Shown here in pieces: positions 1-14,878 of a stretch of 64,000 nucleotides of DNA. The number at the start of each line of letters is the position of its first letter. Positions within the stretch are counted from its first letter, which is position 1. Position numbers and translations under genes: made by a program. The notes under the pieces were generated by a model. It searched no databases. It saw only the letters and a list, made by a program, of their open reading frames with translations, and was not told where the DNA came from. The DNA is from the human T2T-CHM13v2.0 reference genome, Homo sapiens: NCBI RefSeq assembly GCF_009914755.1, contig NC_060934.1. One strand, given 5' to 3'.

Positions 1-1954
1 TTCAGATGGCAGGTCAGAGAAAGGCTGGGAGAAGAGGATTAGGAAACAGGGTGAGAGGGGGTATCTAAAAAACACAGTGGGACAAAAATAGCACTTTATG
101 TAACCTCCCTAGTCCCTAGCACAACTTGTATTAGTCTGTGGAAATTGTATTAAGGAGAAATATTGAAACATTATACATAATACATTGAATTAGTTAGATT
201 CATTTAACTACTATAGAACATAATCAGCAGTTCATTTACAGTTAACTCTGAAAAGATGTTTAATTCATTTTAATGGTATGAAAAAGAGACTTTACCATGT
301 TAAATGCAGGTTACAAGTACCAAAAAATTGCAAGCTATGATTTTCAGTGTCAAATTTACAATACAACAGATCTATGGGGTTGGGGAGTAAAGGGGCCAAA
401 AAAGCCACCAAAATACCCTTTCCTCCCATTATTTCTAGAATTGCTTGAAGTGGCAGCTTTCATGAAGATAAAATTGCTATGCCTCTTCATTAATAACAGT
501 AGGTTCTCATTTTCAAGTGTATCTCATTCAGCGATAGGGATGGGGGGATGGGGAAAAGTCCTTTTCAGTTTTTGCAGTTAGTCGTAATATGCTTGAATTC
601 AACGCGCTTTCTCAAAAAAGGCTCATTTATTTGAGTGGCTCTGATTTGAATAAAGTCTCACCTTATCTGAAGCTGCTGAATTGCAGGCGGGATTGATCAT
701 GGCTTCTTAGAGGGATAAACTCTGAGGAAGGGATTTCCACAGTACAACTACTTGCCTTAAATAGTACAGCTTTGGGACAAAAGCACTTTGCTCTTCTCAG
801 TCAATAGCAATAGCTCAGTTGGAAATTTTGTTAATGTTAAAAAAAAAAAAACCTGTTAGAGACAACATAGATTGCTATGTTGAAAGAAAATTCTATTATG
901 TCTGTGACTATTTCCATCTTGTTTTTTTACTATGGCATGTGAAATTGTTTCCTACTTTTATTTTTTGAGAAAAGCATGTGTTGGCTGTTATTTACCAAAA
1001 ACACATGTGAGCCTTCGTGTGTACACACACACTAGAGTTTTGTTTTGCTGTTATGATTCACTGTCTGGCTAACACGTACCATAATTATCCATATTTGTAC
1101 ACATAGCATGGTCTTGTATAATCAAAGATGACACTGTTGAGGCATAAACTCTAAATTGGGGTGTGATCAAGGGAATTTTTTCACAATCCTCTATGGTTGG
1201 ATAAATAGACTGGACTTTGAAGTCTGGACGGACCACTTGAAGTATGTGACCTCCAAAATTCTGCCTTTTTTTTTGTCGTCTCCTGGCAACGTAACATATT
1301 TATACTTTGGCCACTACCTCTCCTTCCAGAAAGGTCTGCTGCTGTTTTAAAGTTTAAAACAACAAATGAGAAAGTTGTCCCGATTGAAAGTTCAGAATTC
1401 CTGAGGTTCTCCTCTCTGCTTTCTGTTTATGTCGACAGATAATAGCAATGCAGACTACAAATAAATCAACAGAAAGAACCCTTCTCTTTTCAGATTAGTG
1501 AGCATGCATCTAGTTATAATGTCATTTTCATTAAGCCCTTTTCACTGTTTAGCAAAGACAACTTGGGGGCAAGTGACGGGAGCAGGGGATGGAAGGAAGT
1601 TGGAAACAAGCTAAGGACAAATGTTCCACGGTGTGAATACGAGCTGGGACTGCAGAAACCTCAGGTCCTTCCATCTGCAATCTGACACCCAGCTACTCCA
1701 GTGGCGTCTGTGCGCTTCTCCCAGAATCACAGAATAACTGGGCACTTAACTGAGATCCCAGGAGCTGCTTTTGAGACCCACGGGGGTCTGGTTTTTCTCC
1801 TCCTGCATTTTGCCTCTCCAGTCTTCTGTCCTACTTTCAAGCAATCTGAACAAGATGGAGAAAGAATTTGAATTTCACATTCTGGGATCTTAGGTTATAC
1901 TTGAAAGCACTTCACATTGACAGCTTTGACGTAAAGGGCACCTTCATTTCTGGC

Positions 1955-2174
1955 CAGTTTCTCATTCTCAGCACTATGGACATATTGTGCAGGATTGTTC
2001 TTTGTGATGAGAAGCTCCCCTGTGCATTGTAGGATGCTGAGCAGGAACCCTGGCCTCTGCCCACTAGATTCCAGTAAACTCCTCACCCCTCCCCATCGTG
2101 GCAAGCAACAATGGCTCCAGAAATTGCCCAATGTCCCCTGAGGGGTCAAAATCACCCCCATTCGAGAACCACTG
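1955..2174 (-). mobile_element. MER20 (hAT-Charlie MITE)
   Basis: Reverse complement follows the MER20 consensus (CAGTGGTTCTC...GGGGACATT.GGCAAT...CATCCTACAATGCACAGG). Confidence 0.85.
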
Positions 2175-2690
2175 AGTTACAGCAAAGGAAATCAACATTT
2201 ATTTGGCAATTCTGGTGTGCCAGATGTGTACTAGATGTTTTATGTCATTCTGGCAATTATCTTTTGAAGTCTTATCCTCTTTTTATAGATTAGAAACCTG
2301 GGAGATGACAAGGAGAAGCATTGTTTTGTTTCGTGCTTTCCTTTCACTGATTTTCTGGTACTCAACAATGAAAATATAACCAGAAAAATTATTTCATAAC
2401 TAGGAAAAAAACCGTGAAAACATGCTATTTTAATATATTTATCCCATAATATGACTATACATTTCAGACATTCGTTACCTAAGTTACAGACATCTAATGT
2501 GAAAATTTGTCAGAAGTATGAAAAGTAAAAAAAAAAAAAATACCGTTGGATATGGACTTAACCACTTAAATTAAGATAGCCTTTCTTTTTCTATTCTCTT
2601 AACACTGGCAAGTGACCAAATTGTCTTGGATTTCTTATTTCTTCTGGTGTCAGGCATGACAAATTATCTATCATCTAAACCATCACTTTC

Positions 2691-3003
2691 ACAGGGTGTG
2701 ATGGCTCACACCTGTAATCCCAGCGCTTTGGGACGCCAAGGTGGGCAGATCACTTGAGGCCAGGAGTTCAAGACCAGCCTGGCCTACATGTTGAAACCCC
2801 ATCTTTAGTAAAAACAAGCAGACAACAACAACAAAAATAATTAGCCAGGCATGGCGGAGCATGCCTTTAATCCCAGCTACCTCAGGAGGCTGAGGCATGA
2901 GGATTGCTTGAACCCAGGAGGCAGAGGTTGCATTGAGCCAAGATGCTCTCCAGCCTGGGCAACAGAGCGAGACTCTGTCTCAAAAAAATATATACATATT
3001 AAG
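2691..3003 (+). mobile_element. Alu
   Basis: Dimeric Alu with A tail; TSD-like ccatcactt. Confidence 0.95.
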
Positions 3004-3172
3004 TCCATCACTTCCTGTCTTACATGAACCTCAATTATTCTTTTTTCTGGGTTTCAATCTTAGGTCTGTTTCTCACTGATGCATACATTTTTTCCTTAGT
3101 TTTTCCTCATTAGTTTTTCTCTATATGTTCTTACCAAGGACCTCAACAAAATATCTCTCAGTCTTGACAGCA

Positions 3173-3177
<5 letters not shown>

Positions 3178-3219
<42 letters not shown>

Positions 3220-3224
3220 ACACA
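3178..3224 (+). repeat. (CA)n microsatellite
   Basis: Direct reading, one interruption. Confidence 0.97.
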
Positions 3225-3692
3225 GTTATTTAGTAGTAGAAAATTTACAGAAGCTTGGAAAGGCATTGAAATTCCTATATGTTCCATTTAGAATTTCCAT
3301 CCTCATCCTTCTCTTCAAACCTCAGTTGCTTTTGGTTACCCAAAATCATTATTAGTTAACATTTTTCTATTGTAAATATGTTTTGGTGGCATTATAAATT
3401 AAAGTGGGCTGGGTTTGGAAAGCTGATACTCAAATATGCCATTGTCAGAAGAGAGAGGAACTATGGCTTCAAATTTAAAACTGGCATCTAAATATAATGT
3501 TTCCAAACTTTCAGAACATGTCTTTCAAACAAATATAGATTGAATACAGGCCAAATTTTGTTTTTAATTCATTAAAGGAGCCAGCATGGTTAAGCCAGTT
3601 TGAAAGATTATGGGAAAGGTTTAAGTATTTATAGTCATTGAAAGAAAGAACCCTGGGCTATGAATTGTTCAATTAGATACAAGAACTGGTTA

Positions 3693-4034
<342 letters not shown>

Positions 4035-4497
4035 TTAGGGGATAATCTTTCCTACAAGACAGCAATCATTTGCATTTCTCCTAGACCAATTTATTTATAT
4101 TGGACGAATTCATTTGCATGTCTGTCAGCTTTTGACAAGTTAAAGTCTATCCTCACAGAGATAAAAAATATCCTAACCCATAATAAATGCTGAGTTAAAC
4201 AAAGGGTTCTAATTTCCCTAGAAAATTAGATAATCCTTGGTTGCGTGTTAGACACTTAAACTTTATTTGAGGTTGAAAAGTAATACCAACCCATTGTAGA
4301 AAGTTTGAAAAGTACTAAATTTTTTAAAAGGAAAGAAAAAATAAATACCCTCAAACCACTACTTAGTAACCCACAGCCACTGTTAATATAATTCATATGC
4401 TTCCTTACAAGTTTCTTCTAAATATTTTTAACAGTGGAATCTTTACTGTAAAAACAAATTGGTAGTCCACTTTTTTCTTTTGCTTTTTGCTTTTCTT

Positions 4498-4836
<339 letters not shown>

Positions 4837-5206
4837 TAATGGAAGTGTCTCATAAGCATTTTAATGGCCACAGTGGTCTAGCACTTTTTGTATCAAAAAT
4901 TTTTAACAGTTTTTCCTAACTTTAGACATTTATTTATTATAAATTATTTCAGAATACAAAGAAGCATAGAAAATATTATAATGACCAATGATGTAGGTGT
5001 GATCTAGTTTTGAAAACATATTACTGATAAAGTTGCCCCTTCCCCTCACTAACGCTTCCAAATATACTCCTCTCCAGACATAACCACCATCCTGGATTTG
5101 GCATTCATTATTTTCATATTTATTTTTTTACATGTTTTACCACCTGCATAAAATATATAGTATTTCTGCATATTTTCAACTTTGCTGCAAATCATACCAT
5201 AGGTTC

Positions 5207-5845
5207 TTTTTAAAAAAGTCTCTATATATTAAGGTGTACAACATGATGTTTTGATATTCATACACACAGTGAAATGAAACTGGATCGTTATCTTATACCA
5301 TGAACAAAATCAACTCAAAGTGGATTAAAGACCTGAAACCATAAAATTCCTAGAAGAAAACATTGTGGAAAAGCTGCTGAATACTGGCCTTGGTAATAAT
5401 TTTTTTAAAACATCACACCAAAAGCTCAGGCAACAAAAACAAAAATAAACAAGTGAGATTACACCAAACCAAAAAGCTTTCTCATAGCAGAGGAAATAGT
5501 TATCCAAATGAAAAGGCAGCCTGTGGGTTGGGAAAAAATATTTTCAAATTACATACCTGATACGGGGTTAATACCCCAAATATATAAAGAACTCACAGAA
5601 CGGAAAAAAGACATAACCTGATTTTAAAATGTATGAAGGACCTGAATGGACATTTCTCCAAAGAAGACATAAAACTCTGGCCAACAAATATATGTAAAGG
5701 TGTCAACATCACTAATCATCAGGGAAATGCAAGTCAAAATCACAGTGAAATACTAGTTTACTCTTGTTAGGATGGCTGTGATCAAAAGGACAAGAGATAA
5801 CAAGTGTTGTTGAGGGTGTGGAGAAAAGGGAACCCTTGTACACAT
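5207..5845. mobile_element. L1MA-like fragment with internal inversion
   Basis: Antisense L1MA 3' end (5207-5275) joined to sense ORF2 sequence (gaaactgga...ggaacccttgtacac). Confidence 0.75.
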
Positions 5846-6000
5846 AGGTTCTCAAGGTACCTTAAAGTTCCAAAACTTGATTTTTCTATCAACATTGTGT
5901 TTGTAGGGATTTACTCAAGTAGGTAACTTCCAGACCCTTCACTTTCACTACTGAATAGTATCCAAAATTTTATCCACTTTTCTGTTGATATGCATCTAGG

Positions 6001-6125
6001 TTTTTTCTTTCCTTCTTTCCCTTCCTTCCTTCTTTCTTTCTCTCTCTTTTTCTTTCTTTTTCTCTCTCCTTCCTTCCTTCCTTCCTTCCTGACTTCCTGC
6101 CTTCCTGCCTTCTTTCCTTCTTTCC

Positions 6126-6147
<22 letters not shown>
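6001..6147 (+). repeat. Polypyrimidine (CTTC/CTTT)n tract extending an Alu tail
   Basis: Direct reading. Confidence 0.95.
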
Positions 6148-6597
<450 letters not shown>

Positions 6598-6627
6598 TGA
6601 CTGTACCAGTTTATACTCCCACCAACA

Positions 6628-6920
6628 GGCTGGGCACAGTGGCTCATGCATGTAATCCCAGCACTTTGGGAGGCCAAGGCAGGCAGATCGCTTGAGGTCA
6701 GGAGTTCGAGACTAGCCTGGCCAATATGCTGAAACCCCGTAACTACTAAAAATACAAAAATTAGCCAGCTGTGATGGCACTGGCCTATAATCCCAGCTAC
6801 TCAGGAGGCTGAGGCAGGAGAATGGCTTGAACCTGAGAGGCAGAGGTTGCAGTGAGCCGAGATCGCGCCACTGCACTACAGCCCGGGCAACACAGCAAGA
6901 CTCCATCTCTAAATAAATAA
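6628..6920 (+). mobile_element. AluS
   Basis: Full Alu; TSD ctcccaccaaca. Confidence 0.95.
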
Positions 6921-6970
6921 CTAAGATATTCTCCCACCAACAGTATGTGAAAGTCTAGTTGCTCTGCATC

Positions 6971-7300
6971 ACAGGCTTACAAACCTTTTCTGTAAAGGGC
7001 CACGTAGGACATATTTAAGGCTTTGTGAGTTACATGGTCTCTGTTGCAATGACTGCTCTTGTAAAGAGCACAAAAGCAGCCATGGAGCATACGTAAATGA
7101 ACAAGCCCGTATGTTCCAATAAACATTTATTTAAGAACATTGATTTGAATTTCAGGTAATTGTCATGTGCCACAAAATACCATTCTGTTTTTTATTTTTT
7201 CCCCAGTAATTTAAAAATGTAAAACACATTCTTAGTTTGTAGGTTATACAAAACAGGTGGCTGACTGAGCTTGACTGTGGGCCATAGCTTGCCATCCCCT
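6971..7300 (+). mobile_element. MER58B-like hAT MITE
   Basis: aaacttttctgtaaagggcca...gttccaataaa...gggccatagcttgcca. Confidence 0.8.
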
Positions 7301-7859
7301 TCTTGACATTTTCACCAAGATCTGAGATTTTCAGATTTTTTAAAAATATTTCCACCATGATGGATGCAAAATGGTAAACTGTGATTTCAGTTTGTATTTC
7401 CTGATTAGAAAGGAAGTCCTGTGTATTGACCACTAGAATTTTATCTCCTATGATTTATCTATTCACGTCTTGTTTTCCATGTTCTTTTAGTTGTGGGTCT
7501 TTTGGTTGTGAGCCTTTTGATTTATAGGAGTTCTATTTCCTGGATAGTAATACCTATATATATACATATATGTGTGTGTTGCAAGCATGCTCTCAGAATA
7601 TTGTGTTTATTATTTCAATGTTTAATGCTGTCTTTTAATATAAAGAAGTTTTTAATTTACAAAAGGTAAATGTCTCCAAGTGATACTCATTTGACTGTGA
7701 AAAAAATTAGATTTTCCATACACACTGAGAACTTGAAAGGCAACGAAAAAAGAAAGATATCACTTTCTTGTGTGCAAAAGAGAAAATATTTCTTCAGTGG
7801 GTGGGAGTAGAAAAATATTTTTACTTTTATTGCAGACTTTCAAGACAGTAGTTTCTTTG

Positions 7860-8315
7860 AATGCTAACAGCTTATCCAGTTATGCAACCTGTTGTTCTGT
7901 TCTGAAGAAAGGATTCTCGAGCAGGGCTGGAGTCCTGGCTGCCTGGAGGGACCTGTCGCATCTGATACTAATGAAGTGTTACTGTACTTTGACAAGTTTG
8001 CAGGCGTCTGTCTTCCAAGCCAGCTGACGTAATTCAGAGGAGAATAAGACCCTCCCACTTGCATTTGTTAATTGACTTTGATGAGCTCCTCTGCTCTGCC
8101 TAAGTGGTTCTGGAACAGAGAGCTGTTGTGATCCGACGAACTTTAGAAAGTCACACTAACTAAGACTACACACCCCAAGCCAGCAAGAAAAAGGAAAGCA
8201 GTTGCTATGCTGTTCAGCAAAGCAAGACTTGGCTGCCTTTTAGCTAGTCCTGAATTCTTGCTCCTGTGAAGAAAATTCCTGCTGGAGTGCTGGGCGCACT
8301 TGGAATTGGTCTAGC
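7860..8315 (+). promoter_or_regulatory. CACNB2: Putative beta2b promoter / 5'UTR
   Basis: Repeat-free, relatively GC/CpG-richer DNA directly upstream of the beta2b ATG. E-box CAGCTG 8021-8026 overlaps CRE-like TGACGTAA 8025-8032. TSS cannot be fixed from sequence. Confidence 0.6.
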
Positions 8316-8366
8316 ATGCTTGACAGACGCCTTATAGCTCCTCAAACTAAATACATTATTCCTGGG
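8316..8366 (+). CDS. CACNB2: CACNB2 alternative first coding exon of isoform Cavbeta2b (MLDRRLIAPQTKYIIPG)
   Basis: ATG CTT GAC AGA CGC CTT ATA GCT CCT CAA ACT AAA TAC ATT ATT CCT GGG translates to the known 17-aa beta2b N-terminus. A at -3, in-frame upstream stop TAG at 8241, donor GGG|GTAAGC at 8367 in phase 0. Confidence 0.97.
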
Positions 8367-9734
8367 GTAAGCATACGGGAGAGAAGCCGGCCAGATGCAC
8401 GGTGCGGTTTAAAGAAAACAGGAATGCATAGAACTGTTGCCGAGCTTGAGCTAAAATCATACTAGTTACTTAACTTTTTAGACTTTCTTATCTTGCCAGA
8501 AATGTTGCCATTCACAGTGTTATTACTTTAATGCTGTGGTGATTTAAGCAAGTGAAACTGTAACTCTGGTTTTAAACTGTATGTTACTGAGCTTCATTTA
8601 GTAGCTTAGGGAGAGAGTCCCGGTGCAGACAAATTTAGTGGAAAATGAAAATGCTTTTTCCAGCTATAGACCAGCACTTGTCTTGAGTATCACTCTGACA
8701 GCCTAGCCACTGACTTCTTGTGTGTCTGAGACCTATCTGTGTAAATCAGGATGGTCTGACTTGCTGTGTTGCTGCAAATTAAGATTCTTTTACTATTCAT
8801 CAACTTTAGAAATTTTGAATTTAATAAAATACAAACATGACAGTCTAAAGTTTAAAATACTTAAACATAAAGCTTTGCCACACGAGGACTGACTGTTTGG
8901 GTCTTCGGATTTGGTTTAGAACTTTTAAAGAAAAGACTTTATTATTATTTATTGGTGCCTTTTTAGGAAAGGATGAAAACATGCACAAAAAAAACCCTGA
9001 ACCTAAAACTAAACCAGAGCCCGTAAAAATAAAAGTCATAAAGTTACAAATATCTGTGCTAATAGGACATGAAAATACCATTTTAAAATTAATAGTTTGT
9101 CTAAAAATTATTTTAAGTACTTCTTTTGTTTCTAATTGTTCCAACCTATACTAAATTTAGTATAATAGAGAAAAAAATGCTTGCTAGGAAATATCTTTGT
9201 GGTCATTTCTTCTATGTTGTATCATATAAAACTGGAAACTGAGATACTTTTTATGTGATTTTGATGATTCTTTTATTAGATTTTACTTTAAGTTTTCTAA
9301 AGATACAGAATTTTACTTGCTGAGTTGGCCCTCATTAAGTATTGTACGTGACAATTCTATTTCTTTAGGTTCTGACATGGCTGGCAATGTATACACTAAT
9401 TATCAACGGTTTCTGGGCATTAGATATGTCACGCCCACCTATCAAATGCTACTCATGTCCAATTTAGAAATTATTCTGTACCTGTTTGAGTACATCTGGA
9501 ATCATTTCCTGTAAACTTGCTTGCTTTTTAAGAATATTATCAAACATGAAATAACTGCTATATTTTTTCCTGCAGCGGAATTCTGTGAATTACGAAAACA
9601 TGTATAACCTAAAATGCAAATTGCCAAATACATTCCATTGGCCATTTTGAATATTTTCAGCAACAAAACTGGTCACAATTATGTCACAGTTATTTAATAA
9701 GAATGACAATCTATATGATATTAAATAGTCACGA

Positions 9735-9860
9735 GGCCAGGTATGGTGGCTCACACCTGTAATCCCAAAAGTTTGGGAGGCCAAGGTGGGAGGATCGCTT
9801 GAGGCCAGAAGCTAGAGACCAGCCTGGGCAGCATAGCAAGATCTGTGTCTACAGAAATAA
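9735..9860 (+). mobile_element. FLAM (free left Alu monomer)
   Basis: Single monomer. Confidence 0.9.
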
Positions 9861-10744
9861 TAGTTATCACATGAATAATTTATCCTACAATTAATTTTAG
9901 TCCTGTCTTTAAGTATCATGGGGAATCTGCACAGGGATGTTTAGTCTTTTAAATTACTTCTTTCCTAAAAATAGACTTTTTGTTTCCTATGGCCTGGCTA
10001 CCTCTCATTTTAACTAATAAGTATGCTTGAATAGGGCTTATAAACACATGGATTTTTGGATTTTTGAATGGTTAAAGTTTAAAACAACTCTTTTTAAAGT
10101 CTTTATAACCATTCAACACTTTAAATTCAGTCTTTCTCAAAGTTCTCCAATAATGACAGAAATTCTTTCAAGTTTGGACAAGAATATAAATGGAGATAAT
10201 TTTTTAAATTATACATATGTATATTTATATATGTATATTTATATGTGCCTGTATATGTATTATGGGATAGTTGTTTAGAATGCTGAATAAACTGTGTGGT
10301 CTTTATTTTTGTTCTAATCGCAAGTATGATTTCAGTTTTTATATCAGTTTCAGTTTATTTCAGTACCTTCTAAAGTCATTCCAAACCTCAAATGCAGGAA
10401 ACACATTTAGAAATTACCCATTTAATTCTCATTGTGCATTAAAATGAAATCAATAAACCAATGCAATTTGGTGTAATTACTTTCTACCGCCAAAGGCAAA
10501 TATATATAGATCAGTCTAACTAGTTTTAAGTGCATAATTTATTTATGAATCCTGGTATCATTGCATTGTAAATTTCTTGAACATGGTATCTTTAATAACT
10601 GCAATTGAGTGCCATTATTCTTAGACCCAGATGGTCACTTCCTCTCTATCCTTTCTTCCCTTCCTCCAAATAACAATGATCTCTCTGATTTGGGCAGGTT
10701 TTTTTTTATTATTATTGTTACCCGTAATTTTTGTTTTTTCTGAC

Positions 10745-10975
10745 TGTGGTTAAGAGAAAGTATTTGGATCCAGTCAGACTTGACGTTGAATACTAAACCG
10801 TCCCCTAAATAATGGTGTGATTTGGCAGATTTTATCTTCTCTGAGCCTCAGTTTCATCATCTGTAAAATTAGGAATAATAATAACTGTGTTTCAAGATAC
10901 TTGTGAGAATTTTTTAAAACGATCAGAGTACATGCATAGAATATAATTATATGGATGGCTTAGCATAGTTCCTAG
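10745..10975 (+). mobile_element. MIR
   Basis: Core ctctgagcctcagtttc..catctgtaaaat. Confidence 0.8.
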
Positions 10976-11759
10976 AGTTATTCAGGGAAGGTGTATGCCT
11001 TCCTATATTTTCTGCAATAGCTAGGAATGAAAGAACTTAGCTCTGAAATCCCAAACTGTGATACTTCTGATAGGCAGCAAAGGAAAGTGATGAGTTGAGT
11101 TTTTATTTGCATATTGGAGGACAGGGAGAGAGATTAAATGTCCCCCTTGTGAAGTGTGACTTCTAATTGGAGACCTGTGGGTCAGCTATCAGCGGGCTGG
11201 GAGGGGAAAGCAAATACAAACGCTCTAAAACTGTGTGCAAATATTTCAGTCTCTGCATGTGTGAACATTTTCTAGCTTCTGCCAATTATCAAAGTGGTCC
11301 TCAACTTCTAAATGGTAATAAATAAATAAATCTGAGTGGGCGTAAACCTGAGACAACAAATAAGATGATGATGATGAAGTATTCTAAGAAGGCTAGTAAT
11401 TTTGGGTCGATTATTTTTTCTTCCTCTTTAATTTTATATTGCTCAAGCATTTATCAAAAAAAAAAAAAAAAGAAAGTTAGCATGTGACTGTGTATTCCTG
11501 TATGTTATAAGACAAATAATGATCTAAGGCTGCAGGCTTCTACATCACTCTTCAGATATAATTTGTATTTAAATGTAAGTATAATGTCCATAAGGCCTGG
11601 TGGCTAATGTATGTACATGGAGATGCTGGCTTCAGCATCAAGAGGAGCCATCCTGTTTGATTTTACTTTGCCCCATAAAACGATCAGTTTGTGGAAAGAG
11701 TCATTTTGTGCAGTCGCAATAGAGATTTGCAGTTATTTTCATTATTAAAATTGACAAAA

Positions 11760-12043
11760 CTTTTTTTTTTTTTTTTAAACAGAGTCTCACTCTGTCACCC
11801 AGGCTGGAGGGCAGTGACATGATCTTGGCTCACTGAAACCTCCACCTTTTGGTTAAAGTGTTTCTCCTGCCTCAGCCTCCCAAGTAGCTAGGATTACAGG
11901 CGTCCTCCACCAACCCCAGCTAATTTTTTTTGTATTTTTAGTAGAGACGGGGTTTCACCATGTTGGTCAGGCTGGTCTCGAACTCCTGACCTCAGGTGAT
12001 CCACCCACCTCGGCCTCCCAAAGTGCTGGAATTACAGGTGTGA
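11760..12043 (-). mobile_element. AluSx-like
   Basis: Antisense Alu, slightly 5'-truncated. Confidence 0.95.
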
Positions 12044-12100
12044 AAAGAGCTCTATCCTTCAAAGTAATTAAAGTTTTTACTACTAAAAATAGAAGAAATT

Positions 12101-12184
12101 GGCTGGGGGCAGTGGCTCATGCCTGAACGACACCAGCCTGGGCAACAACTCCGTCTCAAAATAAAATAATAAAATAAAATAAAA
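12101..12184 (+). mobile_element. Internally deleted mini-Alu
   Basis: Alu 5' end fused to Alu 3' end plus tail; TSD agaagaaat. Confidence 0.85.
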
Positions 12185-12891
12185 CAGAAGAAATATTAAA
12201 GGAATGTGGGTGTAGGAATACCCCACAAGCTCACCATGCTGTGGTCAGATATTTTTATGCTGGCATATTGTACTGCAGTTCTTTTCTACAAGCATACATA
12301 TTTTTATAGTTGTAACTGCAGTGTTCAGACAGTTGTGGGTTCTGCCTTTTTTCCTTCAACCTTATTTTGAGATCACTGTTTAATCAGATCACTGTTTAAT
12401 CAGCATAATATAACATCGTGACGATCTGCCATTGATTGTCCAATAAAATGGTCATTTATTTTTGGACTTTTTAATTGATTTTATAATTTTGTTTTCATAG
12501 ATAAATCTATAACAAATTTGAACATATGGTTTTCAGCTCCATTAAATAACTTATTTGAGATAAATTATCAGATGTGGAATTATTTGCACAGTGAGTGGGT
12601 TTGAATGTTCTTATAAGTCCCTGGCTATGCTTTTGATATCTTTTTTTCCAAATTCTACCAGTGGACAATGCCAGTATTATTCATATACTAATTTTATCAC
12701 AATGTATGCAGTATTATGTATTAATGATTGCTTTTCATGTAAATAGTTATACAGCATTGTTTTAATTTCTGTTTAGTGGATTACTACTGAAGGTGAATAT
12801 TTATATACTCTCTGTATTTCTGTGCGAATTGTTTCATTAGGCTTCCTGCATTTAGATTAATAAGTTACTTTTTATTTGTTGGATATTAACA

Positions 12892-13005
12892 GGCTTTCCC
12901 TCTCTCACCTTGGAACTCCCATCCGTCTGTCTCTGTATGGGGGAGCTTCTTCCTTCTTTCTTTCCTATTAAACACACTCCGCTCCCTAAAACAAAACAAA
13001 AACAA
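12892..13005 (+). mobile_element. ERV LTR 3' fragment with A-rich tail
   Basis: LTR-like cctATTAAAcacactccgctccctaaaac followed by (AAAAC)n. Confidence 0.5.
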
Positions 13006-13228
13006 TCCTTACAGAATTAACTGTGGAATAGTTTTTCCCCTATCCAATACTATGCTATCAAAATACTGTCTTTCATATAAATTTATCTTAAATTTATATT
13101 CTAATACCCTACTGGTATCTCTAGAGGTTGGCTTGAAGAAATAGAGTATTCGCATAATTAGAAATCAACAGATAGACTAGTCACAGGATTAAACCTCAGT
13201 TTCGGAATGTGGAGCAAAAAGCTTTTGA

Positions 13229-13825
<597 letters not shown>

Positions 13826-13918
13826 AGAACTGGAACTTTCTATATGGTTTTCTGGTAAGGGATCTGCTAGTATTTTGATCTTAATGTAATATCATGTCAT
13901 TTGTTAATTCACAAATAG

Positions 13919-14504
<586 letters not shown>

Positions 14505-14550
14505 TGATAGGATGGACATATCTGACTGCACTGAAAGGACAAGAACAAGA

Positions 14551-14878
<328 letters not shown>

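Noticed and set aside
12370-12403. 16-bp tandem duplication agatcactgtttaatc x2
   Set aside because: Ordinary slippage duplication with no sign of function.
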